From positions 65,720,001 to 65,784,000 of the forward strand of contig NC_090334.1 in assembly GCF_035084215.1 (NCBI RefSeq): a stretch of DNA of 64,000 nt, given 5' to 3'. Below the pieces are notes generated by a model, which saw only the letters and a list, made by a program, of their open reading frames with translations, made no database searches and was not told the origin of the DNA. Source of the DNA: Heptranchias perlo (taxonomy: Eukaryota). The position numbers and the translations under genes are program-made. This document shows, one piece after another, positions 1-11,769 of the stretch. Every line of letters begins with the position of its first letter. Position 1 is the first letter of the stretch.

Positions 1-35
1 GTTGGTGCAAATATTCGAATTGGATTTAAGTGAGG

Positions 36-68
36 TGAGGGTTAGGGTTGGGGTTAGGATTAGGGTTA
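36..68 (+). repeat. Short degenerate (TTAGGG)n-like simple repeat
   Basis: tgagggttagggttggggttaggattagggtta, about 5 imperfect hexamers. Confidence 0.45.
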
Positions 69-635
69 TACCTCTCAATGTGATGTCACGGCATCTTCTG
101 CCTCAATTTTCCTCCCTCAATGCTGGGTGAGCCTCGCCTCCTCCTAGGCCGATGTCATTGCTTAGGATGGATGAAGGCTTCACCCCTTCAGACCCTACAC
201 CACCACCCCCCAGCACCCCCCCCCCACCACCCCCCCCCCACCCCACCCCTGTCGTCTCGAATAATCTTTGGGCCTTGGAACCTTCTGGGCTGGTGTTGGA
301 CACCTTGGCTTGATTGGATACTCTTTGGAAAAAATTGCAAGAAACATTTCCACTGACAATCCTGAGTTTTTATGCAGTTCCTGCTGAACCAAGAACCGTG
401 TCTTTAACCTTGTGCTGTCATTATCTCTGCATTTTAATGTCTGAATAAAAAGGCGTTGTGTCACCTTGGGGCATAGTTAATGAAAAATTCTTTTGCTAAA
501 CTGGGGAGATTTATACTGCCAGTCAGTAAAAGAACTTTCCATTAACTCTACACAAAAAGCAAAATCTTTCTCGATAAATACTAAGTACAACTGCTGATGA
601 ATGCTATCTCCTTTCAAAGTTCTGAATCAATGGAG

Positions 636-791
636 CTTAAAACCTACCTCTTTGACGAAGCATTTGGTCACCTGTCCTATTACCTCCTTATGTGGCTTGG
701 TGTCAAATTTTGTTTGATAATCGCTCCTGTGCAGCACCTTGGAGCGTTTTACTACGTTAAAGGCGCTATATAAATGCAAGTTGTTGTTGTT
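636..791 (+). mobile_element. L2-clade LINE 3' end fragment
   Basis: Matches the 3' end of the L2 at 36672-39340 (acctacctctttga...caccttgg...gcgctatataaatgcaag) and ends in a (TTG)n tail. Confidence 0.8.
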
Positions 792-2720
792 AATATGGAA
801 ATGGTTGTAATGAGATGTCCTAAAGAAGAAGTAACGTGTTCCCATCACTATGCAATCCTCATACATAGTTAGTGATATTTATTTACTGTAATGAAGCTTT
901 AGTAATGTTGGCCCTCTAGTACAATGCATATGCTTATCAGCACCTTTTGGTATAACAATAGGATCAAGTGCAATTAATGGTTGAAGAACATGTTTTCTTC
1001 CATTTCTGTTCTGTTCAGTTCAGGGGCACTTAATATTCACTTAAAATAAAGTGGGGCACGAAGGTGAATTTTCCAGGTGTCAGTAAAATTTCTGCCAACT
1101 TTCAACTAGCTGGGAAATAGAAAAAGTGAAGCGGCATCATTGATCTGCAAGAAATATCTGAAAACATTATTTCAAAATACATAAGTATTACTGTATAAAA
1201 CTTGTCAAAGAATAACCGTGAGGGAGTTAAATGTGGAAGTTAGTTTGAAATGATACAACGTTTCATCAACAATGACCCTTTGAAAGTCTCAACGGCAACT
1301 TCCTGATATGGTAAGGTGAAGGTCTGGTCAAGTTTAAGAAGTTTGTGTGCCATTTGACTGGACAGCTGGCATGTTGTGACACCTGAGACCCAGATATGGT
1401 AAAATGTTTAACAATTTGCCTATATTTTTAAATATATGGTTTAACTCACACTGTACAATATTCACAATTGTATCTAGCTGCTGATAGATGGGCCTAAGGT
1501 TCTACTCCTGCATGCTTTGGGACTATGGTAGGAACATGAATGGCTGACACCTGTTCACTCTGACTCATGTGTCTCTTTAACATGTGCTGGTCTTGTGGAG
1601 CATACCTTCATACTACAGATTGCTTTCCATTGCCCAACTCTATGCCCTTGGGTTTGTTTCCCTCATGGATATCTGTTCTGTCTCCATGCCTTGCTCAGTA
1701 ACACTAGATTCCTTGTGCTATACATTGTCATCCTTGAAATCATGGCAGAATGGTAGCCCACGGCCCTTTCTAGTGATGGCAATGTTAGGTAGGTAACCAA
1801 TTTTATCTTGAACATTCCCCTGTCATGCAGAATACCTTCTTCTAGATCCATTGGCTCCTCTGGTTGCCATCCCAGAACCCAGATAGTACTGGTCAGCTCT
1901 GCTAATGGGAGGGAGCAGCGGTCAGGCTTCTCCAGTCTGAACCAGGAGTTCTCAGGATATGGAAGCTTATATATCATATTATCGAATGCTTAATGCTAAT
2001 AGCTGGAGCTGCAATATTTGAAGAAATGGAATATGAGTTTGACAAAACAACCTTACCAGAATCACTGGAGTCAAAGAAAGTGCAGGATCCATGATGTATA
2101 GGTGGAATTAGGAGCCAGCCTTTTTTTCTGCCCACATGGATTGGCTTTTTAACTTTTTTTTTGGTAAAGTATTTTTTTTCTTGTGTGCCACATTATAAAT
2201 TGTTGATGAGCTTTCAAAATCCCTCAGGTGTTTGTGCTGCTTTGGAAGCATTGTTAATATTGTGGTAATAATGTTCTAGCCACATCACACACTGGAGGAA
2301 AGGTGGAAAGGTGATATTGCATTTTAAGTCTTTAACAACTCAGCTCACTCAAATATCACAAAGCAGCGAAGGATTTTGACCTTTCTTCCGCTAGCATTTA
2401 GAAGGCACGATGACTTAGTAGTCAACCAGCCATTATGAAACAACAAAACAAAAGGTTCCTCTCCAGGGAGGAAAAGGAAGCAAAATAAAACTTTTTGTTA
2501 CCTTAGGAAAGTCATGCAAATGGCTCATGCACTTACGGTGATGTACTTATTTGGTTTGCCTTAACCAATTGAATTCCTAGCTCTTCTGCCAGTGTAGTGA
2601 ATTAGTCAACTGGTTGGAATTGATAAAGAACAATCCTCAGGTGGTAACCCCAAGGTTGGTCACAGACTTTGAAGTCTATAACTGTGTGAGTCACAGTTCA
2701 ACCAAATCCAATAATACCTA

Positions 2721-2951
2721 AATTAAAAGCAAAAAACTCCGGATGCTGGAAATCTGAAGTAAAAACAGAAAATGCTGGAAATACACAGCAAGTCACACAG
2801 CATCTGTGAAAAAGAAACAGAGTTAGCGTTTCAGGTCGATGAACCTTCGACGGGTTTGACGAAGGTTCATCGACCTGAAACGTTAACTCTGTTTCTTTCT
2901 CCACAGATGCTGCCTGACTTGCTGAGTATTTCCAACATTTTCTGTTTTACT
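2721..2951. mobile_element. PLE-derived inverted-repeat mini-insertion (family B) with degenerate hammerhead motif
   Basis: Arms ~2756-2849 and 2860-2953, 10-nt spacer, one-sided extension 2724-2755; flanked by tccaataata(c/a)cta at 2707-2720 and 2952-2965; TGACGA-AGGTT-catc-GACCT-GAAA-CGTT motif at 2857-2884. Confidence 0.7.
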
Positions 2952-3146
2952 TCCAATAATAACTAGGTGTGTGTTCTCTTTGTTACACTAGACTGTTCCA
3001 ATGTTATTGCACATTTGGGTCCCGCTACAAGCCCTTTTACCTTGTCAGGAATTGTCCTGCTTACATCAGGGTTTCTTCAGATAAAGAGACCAACTTGCAC
3101 TTCAAACTATTTAAACCATACGTCCAGTGACTGAAACTAAAACCTA

Positions 3147-4808
3147 AGGCAGTTGTTTTTCAGACTGGAGGGAAGTATACAGTGGTGTTCCCCAGGGGTG
3201 GCTATTAGGACCATTGCTCTTTTTGATATATATTAACGGCCTGGACTTGGGTATAGAGGGTATAATTTCAAAGTTTGCAGATGACTCGAAACTCGTGAAT
3301 GTAGTAAACAATATGGAGGATAGTAACAGACTTCAGTAGGACATAGACAGACTGATGAAATGGGCAGACACATGGCAGATGAAACTTAGACCATAAGACC
3401 ATAAGAGATAGGAGCAGGAGTAGGCCATTTGGCCCCTCGAGCCTGCTCCGCCATTTAATGAGATCATGGCTGATCTGATTTTTACCTCAACTCCACTTTC
3501 CCGCCTTTTCCCCATATCCTTTGACTCCCTTGCTGATCAAAAATTTGTCTAACTCATCCTTGAATGTATTCAATGACTCAGCCTCCACAGCTTTTTGAGG
3601 TAAAGAATTCCAAAGATTCACGACCCTCTGGGAGAAGAAATTCCTCCTCATTTCCGTCTTAAACGGGCATCCGCTTATTCTAAGACTATGCCCCCTAGTT
3701 TTAGATTCCCCCATGAGGGGAAACATCCTCTCAGCATCTACCCTATCGAGTCCCCTCAGAATCTTGTATGTTTCAATAATGTCTCCTCTCATTCTTCTAA
3801 ACTCCAATGAGTATAAATCCAAGCTGTTCAATCTTTCCTCATAAGACAACCCTTCCATACCCGGAATCAACCTAGTGAACCTTCTCTGAACTGCCTCCAA
3901 TGCAAGTATGTCCTTTCTTAAATAAGGACACCAGAACTGTACGCAATACTCCAGGTGTGGTCTCACCAGCACCCTGTACAGTTGTAGCATGACTTCCCTG
4001 CTTTTATACTCCATCCCCCTAGAAATAAAGGCCAATACTCCGTTTGCCTTCTAGATTACCTGCTGCACCTGTATGTTGACTTTTTGTGTTTCATGTACTT
4101 AACGCAGAGAAGTGTGAAGTGATTCATTTTGTTCGGAAGAATGAGGACAGGCAATGTGAACTAAATAGTACAATTTTAAAGGGGGTACAGAAACAGAGAG
4201 ACCTGGGGGTGTATGTACACAAATCTTTGAAGATAACAGGACTTTTATAATACACTGGTTAGGCTTCAGCTGGAGTATTGTGTTCAATTCTGGGCACCAC
4301 ACTTTAGGAAGGATGAAAAGGCGAGAGGGTGCAGAAGAGATTTCCTAGAATGGTACCAGGGATGAGGAACTTCAGTTATGTGGAGAGACTGGAGAAGCTG
4401 GGGTTGTTCTCCTTAGAACATAGAATGTTAAGGGGAGAATTGATAAGGTGTTCAAAATCATGAATGGTTTTGACAGAGTAAATAAGGAGAAACTGTTTCC
4501 AGTGGCAGAAGGGTCGGTAACCAAAGGACACAGATTTAACGTGATCAGCAAAAGAGCCAGAGGCGACATGAGAAAACATATTTTTATGCAGTGAGCTGCA
4601 ATGGTCTGGAATGCATTGCCTGAAAAGGTGGTCAAAGCAGATTCAATGGTAACTTTCAAAAGGGAATTGGATAAATACTTGAAGGGAAAAAAATTATAGG
4701 GCTATGGGGAAAGAGCAGGGGAATGGACCTAATTGGATAGCTCTATCAAAGAGCTGGCACAGGCATGATGGGCCAAATGGCCTCCTTCTATGATGTAACA
4801 TACTATGA
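3147..4808 (+). mobile_element. CR1 LINE, 5'-truncated and decayed, interrupted by a younger CR1
   Basis: RT motifs (SGVPQG..LGPLLF, KFADD) at 3180-3290; resumes at 4097 and runs to a CR1 3' UTR ending in ctatga. Confidence 0.85.
3389..4096 (-). mobile_element. CR1 LINE 3' fragment with open ORF2 C-terminus (3487-4035)
   Basis: LYRVLVRPHLEYCVQFW...RRFTRLIPG...FFSQRVVNLWNSLP; (tcttatgg)n tail; TSD actta at 3384-3388 and 4097-4101. Confidence 0.9.
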
Positions 4809-5798
4809 ACATAAGAACATAAGAAATAGGAACAGGAGTAGGCCATACAGCCCCTCGAGCCTGCTCCGCCATTCAATAAGATCATGGCTGATCTTCGACT
4901 TCAACTCCACTTTCCCATCCTCTCTCCATATCCCTTGATTTCCTTGGTGTCCAAAAATCTATTGATTTCAGTTTTGAATGCACTCAATGACTGAGCATCC
5001 ACTGCCTCTGGGGTACAGAATTCCAAAGATTCACAACCCTTTGAATGAAGAAATTTTTCCTCATCTCAGTCCTAAATGGTCGACCCCTTATCTTGAGACT
5101 ATGACCCCTAGTTCTAGACTCTCCAGCCAGGGGAAACAGCCTCTCAGCATCTACCCAGTCAAGCCCTCTAAGAATTTTATATGTTTCAATGAGATCTCTC
5201 ATTCTTCTAAACTCCAGTTAATATAGGCCATTCTACACAATCTCTCCTCGTAGGACAACCCTCTCATCCCTGGAATCAATCTAATGAACCTTTGTTGCAA
5301 CCCCTCTAAGGCAAGTATATCCTTCCTTAGGTAAGGAGACCAAAACTGTACACAGTTCTCCAGATGTGGTCTCACCAGAGCCCTATATAATTGCAGCAAG
5401 ACCTCCTTACTCTTACACTCCAACCCCCTTGCAATAAAAGCCAACATACCATTTGCCTTCCCAATTGCTTGCTGTACCTGCATGTTAACTTTCTGTGATT
5501 CGTGTTTAAGGACACCCAAATCCCTCTGAATACGAACATTTCTTAATCTTTCACCTTTTAAAAAATATTCTGCTTTTCTATTCTTCCTACCAAAGTGGAT
5601 AATTTCACATTTCCCCACATTATACTCCATCTGCCACCTTCTTGCCCACTCACTTAACCTGTCTATATCACTTTGCAGCCCCTTTGTGTCCTCCTCACAG
5701 CTTACTTTCCCACCTAGCTTTGTATCGTCAGCAAACTTGGATACATTATACACGGTCCCCTCATCTAAGTCATTGATATAGATTGTAAACAGCTGAGG
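4809..5798 (-). mobile_element. CR1 LINE 3' fragment (frameshifted ORF2)
   Basis: ORFs 5199-5753 (SKFADDTKLGG...WQMEYNVGKC) and 4984-5202; (ttcttatg)n tail; TSD ctatga at 4803-4808 and 5799-5804. Confidence 0.9.
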
Positions 5799-7254
5799 CT
5801 ATGATACTAAGATAAATCAAAACAGTACTTCTAATGTGCTCTTGTGAAATTAGACAATGGTCGACAGTATGCAACACACTCTCTGCATGGAGTTCAAACA
5901 TGAATAACATCAGAGATATTGCACTTCAATCACGATTAGTCGACATGCCAGGATCAGGAATTATATACGGTGTGATTGACGCCAATAGAAAATTATGTGC
6001 TGCAGTGAAATTATGTGCTTAGGTTAGAATTACGTTCAGAAAAGGAATGCTTTTATCGAGAGTCAATTGTATCAAATCTTTAACATGTATTAAGGCAAAT
6101 AAGGCACCGTCATGTTTGTTTTACTAAGGTTGCAGTTTAAGGCAGGCAGCTGACACAGCTGGGTGAGTTTTTGCTACAAAAATCTTCTCCACATTCAACT
6201 CCTTGCCCTCATTAGAACATTGTTTCCCCCTCACCCCCACCTTGACTTCTATGGTGAGAGAAAATCATTAATATATATTCCAGCAGACTAATTCTTTTTT
6301 TGTGATGCAAAATGGCCTTGAGTCCTACTTTTTATACATCTCATTAAAATGGTACTGTCTTCCTCAAAGAGTCTTTGGCAAATCCTTCTTTATTTATTTC
6401 CAAGCAAATGGTGCAATGTTGTAAATCTCCACCGAACATATTGTATCACTTACGCATGAATTCATGAAGACAAAACTGGGTGTACGTGTCTTCTGGCACT
6501 TTCTCCTCCTCAACTAAAGAAATGTTTTGTCAAATACCTTTTTTTATAAAGACAGTGCCCTTTTAACTCAGTGACATAATACATTGGCTGCTTCAGTTCC
6601 CAGCTTAAGTTAGCCACCAGGCCTGGTGTACGGCTATACCAGTTTGTTTTTGCTCGCTGGGGCTGTTCTTATTCCGTGGATGTCATTTCTGTCTTTTGAA
6701 TGAAATCAGGACTTGGATGGAATTATTATGAGCCACTAGTCTTCAGATAGCATGAGAAGATTTCACTTGTGTGCAGTATGTAACTAAATGATAAACCAGC
6801 TCTTTATAAATGGGTGTAGGATTCTGTTATGCAGAGCGCACAGAGCATATCATGTCCAGCTTGTCTTTTCCCTTGTCACATAATGTGTGCTGGTACGAAC
6901 TTGTCAGTATGACACAGGAACTCCTTCAGGCAATCATCGATCATTTCATACAAGAGAAAATCAGCATATATACATATATGGCCACGTGTCTGGAAAGTGA
7001 CAGTGGAGCTCACGTTCAATTTACCACTTCCAAAGCCAGGCCTCAGCTGATTCACCTCACATCTTCCCACTGCTGATTTTTATAACTTTGGCATTTGTGT
7101 TATGCAGCTGCATTTTGATTTGAATGGAGGATTATACCTCCTTTGCTATGCTGCACATTTCTACTGGGCCACCAGACTCGAACATCAGACCCCAGTGCTG
7201 TTGAATTTGGCCACACTGCCTAATTCTTATTCCGGTTATTAGCTCAGACGCCAT

Positions 7255-7438
7255 GGGGGTAATTTTGTTGGTGCGATAGTGTAAAACAGGTGATAGTGAG
7301 CTGGCAGCCCATTTTACATCTCTCCCGATTTTTAATTCCTTTGAAGTCAGTAGAAATGAATATCAGGAGAGATGTAAAACGGGCTGTCAATTCACTACTG
7401 CCCGTTTTATACTATCACGCAAAGTCAAAGTTACCCCT
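7255..7438. mobile_element. Fold-back MITE, probably PIF/Harbinger type
   Basis: Imperfect palindrome gggggtaatttt...aaagttacccct; 3-bp TSD cat on both sides; a related half-copy lies at ~55140-55253. Confidence 0.7.
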
Positions 7439-7726
7439 CATTAGTTATATGATCAATTTGTTTTTACTAAATTGCGCACTGAACACTTACACTTCCAGTA
7501 CCAACATTTTGTCATTGTAAACTATAGAGGGGGATTGGCTGCTCATTATATGCGTGTGCCCAAAGTGAAAATATCTCCATGTAGTTCACTTTTCATTGTA
7601 TTATTTTTGATTTTTGCTTGTTTCACATCAGGCCATTTGGATACAATATAATCAGTGAGATATAACTGAACGAGTACGATAAAGATTATAGCAACTCGGA
7701 AAATAAAGTTAAATAACATCCATTGT

Positions 7727-8588
7727 ATCCCGAATATACTCGGGGCCATGAAGAGAGCGGGGGTGGGGGGAGGGTGGGAGGGCTGGATTTCCGGACGGGA
7801 AACCTGGAAGTTTAGGCTTCCCGAGCGCCTGACGATTTTGACATCAGGACGTCTTTTAAATTCTTTCAGCAGGTTTCCCGCCCCGAGAGGCAGCATGATT
7901 GACGGGCTGGCTGCCTGTTTAGATGGGAAAGAGGCCAGGGAGAGGATGCTAAGTAAGTGGGACGTTGTGGGGGGGGGGCGGTTGGGGCCGGTCATCGGGA
8001 GGAGGGGTTGGTCATCGGAGGGTGGGGGTCAGAGATCGAGTGGGGGTCGGTCATCGGTGGGGGGGGGGTCGGAGATCATTGGGGAGATAGGAGATTGTGG
8101 GGAGTGGTCGGAGATCGTGGGGGGATGATCAGGCATGGCAGGGGGTGTCGGAGATCATGGGGGGGGTCAGACATTGAGGAGGGTGTGGGGGATCGGCCTA
8201 TCGCATGTGTGGGATCACGGTTGGTGAGCTTGTTGGGCCTGGAAGGTGCACTCCAGCTCCTCCAGGCCTACAAGCAGTGCAATAAAGGCACTTACCAGTT
8301 GATCCGGGCCGGCCGTCTCGCCTCCTCTTATGTGGCGAGAATCAGAAGGCCTGGGAATCCCGGCCCGTAGGAATTAAAAATTTAAAAATTATTAGAATGG
8401 AGGCCCGCAGCCTCCTTAAAAGATTTTACTGACCAACCCGCCTCCTGAAAGTGGATTGGTCACCGGCTCCCCGCCTGTCTCCGTTAAAACTGGAAGTGGA
8501 CGGGTTGGGATCGGGTTTTACATTTTTACAATTTTTACTTTGCCACCCGCCCCCAACCCACCCGTCTTTGGGAGGTAAAATTACCCCC
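7727..8588 (+). mobile_element. GC-rich non-autonomous DNA transposon (Harbinger-like termini)
   Basis: Ends ggtaaaattaccccc; colinear similarity to 9641-10287, 31901-32525 and inverted 54206-54926; internal G-rich ggagatcg repeats. Confidence 0.65.
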
Positions 8589-9640
8589 ATTGTATCACTA
8601 ACACATGAATTCATGTGTGTGTGTGTTTCCTGGCTCTCTCTCCTCCTCAACAAAAGAAATTCTTTGACAAATGCCTTTAAAAAGATGTAATATGAGGTGC
8701 CGGACTACATCCATGGAATCAAAGGTAGTGACCTACTTATGCTAGTTTATTTTTACCAATGGTGCTCCTTTCAGTTTAGCAAATCCTTCAATGCACACAA
8801 CTACAACTCAAATAATATTGGCAACCATTGATCACTTAACACAGGCAAGGGCATAATGGATAGAACAGCCTCATTCTGTGTTAAATGATTTTATACCTTA
8901 GGCAATACAATGAGCTTTCTGTCATTATTTTATATGTCTATGACTATTACAGTTGCTTACAGTTAAATTGAGCGGAGTTGACAATGTTTTACTTTTAGGG
9001 CCCCGAAGTCTAAGTCTCCAAACTTCATGTGTAGTTTCAAAGATATGTTCCACACATAGATTAGACATGGTTTTGTTAGCTTACATCAAGCGCATAAATA
9101 TGTAAGCTTTTAAGAACAACTGTTTCAGGCTTTCATCCCTGTATTCTTTTTGAAAGGCCCATGTGGACATAAGATTGATTCATATCATGCTCTTAGAGCA
9201 CGCTGCTAGTGTTTTAATCCGTTTACTGTCTGCCTAATACTGCAGGCACCTGCTTTATCTCTAAAGGGGCACTCAGCCTCTCCGACTTTCTCACAGACAC
9301 ATCAGTTTCACAGTTCTCATGCCTCCTGATCGTTTAACGTCAGCTGTTATCACAGACATTAGCTGAAATAAGACTGTGAAAAATGTTTTCAGACAAAGAT
9401 TTCTCAGACGGAGAGACACACACGAGAAACAACCAGGCCCATTAAATACTGATTTCTTCCTTGTTGTATTTTAAAAATAAATAATGACACTCTCAGTGTT
9501 TGCATGGCAACACTTCCACTGTATCTGAACATACTGATTATACATTTTAAGGGTTCTTTCTGAAGGGGATTGCCATCATGGTAAAGCGACCTGCAAGAGG
9601 GCACGAAAACATGATCCGATTAAATCAGTGTGTTTCACAT

Positions 9641-10287
9641 GGGGCTCAATTTTAAAACGGAGCCGGGAAAGGGGTGGGGGTCAAAATGAGGTCGGGAAAC
9701 CCATTAATACGGGTTTCCCGAAGTCCTTACGATTTTGACGTAAGGACGTCTTTCATTTTTTTTGTTGGTTTCCCGCCCAACCGATTGGATCAGGGGTCAT
9801 CAAGGGGTCCGCGATCGTCGAGGGGAGGATCGGGGTTGGAGGTCGGGATCGGAGGGGTCCGCAATCGGGAGCCGGGGGTCCGCGATTGGGGGTTGGGGGT
9901 CTGGGATCATTGAGGGGTCGGTGCAGGTAGGCTTGTTGGGCCTGGGGGAAGCACTCCTGCTCTCTTCCGGGCCCACAAGCTGTGCCTTTCTGGGCACCTA
10001 CCTGTTAGTCTCGGGCCTTCTCACCTCCTTTCATGAGGCTTAAAACAGAAGGCCCATGAATCCCGGCCCCCGGGGTTGAAATCGGGAATTGGAGAAAAAT
10101 GGAGGCCTGAAGCCTCCTTGAAAGGTTTTAAGGCCCGACCCGCCTCCTGGGAGCGGGTTGGTCGTCCGCTCCTCTTTCCGCCCCGGTGAAAACCAGAAAT
10201 GGGCAGGTTGGAGGTGGGTCAGAAATGGTGGCAATTTTCAATGCCCCGCCTCCAACCCACTAGTTTTTTACTTTAAAAATTGAGCCT
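9641..10287 (+). mobile_element. Non-autonomous DNA transposon with TIRs
   Basis: TIRs ggggctcaattttaaaa / tttaaaaattgagcc; internal similarity to 7727-8588. Confidence 0.7.
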
Positions 10288-11012
10288 ATCATGTTTAATG
10301 TCACTATATTTAAATCTTAGCATTAATTAAAAATACAAAAAGCTTTTAAAGTGTCTGCTGCAGTTATAATACCTGCTGCAAAGCCAACTGACCATGTTGG
10401 TAGTGATCAAGCAGCAGAATCTTTGGAATGGGGTTGGGAGGGGGTTAAAATCACACTGCAATATTAGTTACAACCATGTTCATCTATTCAGATAAAATTC
10501 CATTGTTTGCTATATTAATACAATTATTAACTGATTCAAAATAAATCGATTAAATGGATTATTGCTTTTGTTAAAATGGTGGATACAGGAATTTCATGCG
10601 AATGTGTTAACAAATTCATTTGTAATATCACACGGCTCAATTTAAAACTAAGCTGGTCCAGGAACTAATCCTGTTTGAAAACCCATCACCTCATTGAGCC
10701 ATCAATTCTCTTTTAGCCCTTATAACATTTGTTGTTCTATGATGTTCCCATTTATGCCAAAAAACAACATTTCAGCTAACAAAACTTCCAGGTATCACCA
10801 CTATATATTTGGGGCTGAATTTCCTTCTTGATATTTACAATGGTACTAAGGCATCATTAATTCTGTTCGGTGAGACAAACACAACAGAAACACTTGCAAA
10901 AGGGAAAAGCTGAGGAACAAGCAGTTCTCCAGTGCTGAGGTGAACTTTCTCATTGAAACAAAACTAATCTAATTGGAGCGTAATAATGGACAACACAATG
11001 GAGGCCTCCCCC

Positions 11013-11055
11013 AGTTCACCTGAGGAAGGGGGAAGCCTCCGAAAGCTTGTGAATT
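11013..11055 (+). ncRNA. Minimal type I hammerhead ribozyme-like motif
   Basis: AGUUCAC-CUGAGGA-A-GGGGG-aag-CCUCC-GAAA-GC-UU-GUGAAUU; stems I and II can pair. Confidence 0.6.
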
Positions 11056-11104
11056 TAAAATAAAATTGCTGGACTATAACTTGGTGTTGTAAAATTGTTT
11101 ACAA
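11013..11104 (+). mobile_element. PLE (family A) 3'-terminal fragment with hammerhead motif
   Basis: Near-identical to the reverse complement of 16196-16285; ends at ...tgtttacaa like the other copies. Confidence 0.85.
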
Positions 11105-11423
11105 AGGTATGGGAATGCATTGTGAAAAAGTTAATGGTGACTCTTCCATTAAGCAGTAAAACCAGCATTGTTGAAAGAGGTTGAAAAATAAGCAGGGTGA
11201 AAGATAAGATAACCAGGGTAATGAAGCAGCTGGAGGCCTCCAGTAGCCTTCGCCCTCTCTCCTTCTGGTTTGACAGTTGAAGATATGGCAGGATTCTGGG
11301 AGAACCCCTGTGGACTTTTAGGGTCACCTTCTTTAACTTTACATGTAGCCCTTTACAATATGCCCTTTTGGGATGAATAGTTGATTATATACAAAAACAT
11401 ACCGAAAGTGTATTGAAGGTGAA

Positions 11424-11769
11424 TTTTTTTCATAAAATATACTTTATTCATAAAATTTGCAGCAAAACATACAATACAGTTGTTATATCATATTCCAAAT
11501 GTACACAATACAGATTATACAATTTGCAGGTTACATCAAGTACAGTTCAATGAACACATTGTACATAATTACAGTTCATGACACTCTGGGGTTCTCATTG
11601 CATTATACTCAACACAGATTATTGATTACAGATTCATTACAGGTACATTACAGATTCATTACAGGTACATTACATCAATGTGAATTTTACATTCTGCCCG
11701 GGGGGGGGGGTTTCCCTGATTGCAGCCCCTCGGTATACAATGGCGGGAACGCTCTAAATGGTTGCCTTT
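11424..11769 (-). mobile_element. L1/Tx1-like LINE 3' end
   Basis: Minus strand ends aataaagtatattttatg plus poly(A); atttt duplicated at 11423 and 11770 at a TTTT/A site; internal 21-bp tandem duplication. Confidence 0.6.

Noticed and set aside
36-68. Telomere or interstitial telomeric site
   Set aside because: Only about 5 degenerate units; too short to infer a chromosome end or fusion
103-464. Gly/Pro-rich short ORFs near the window start
   Set aside because: Driven by a poly-C tract; no recognisable domain or splice context
7546-8370. 126-149 aa ORFs in GC-rich sequence (likewise 31874-32344 and 54399-54983)
   Set aside because: They lie inside non-autonomous transposons with low-complexity G/C repeats
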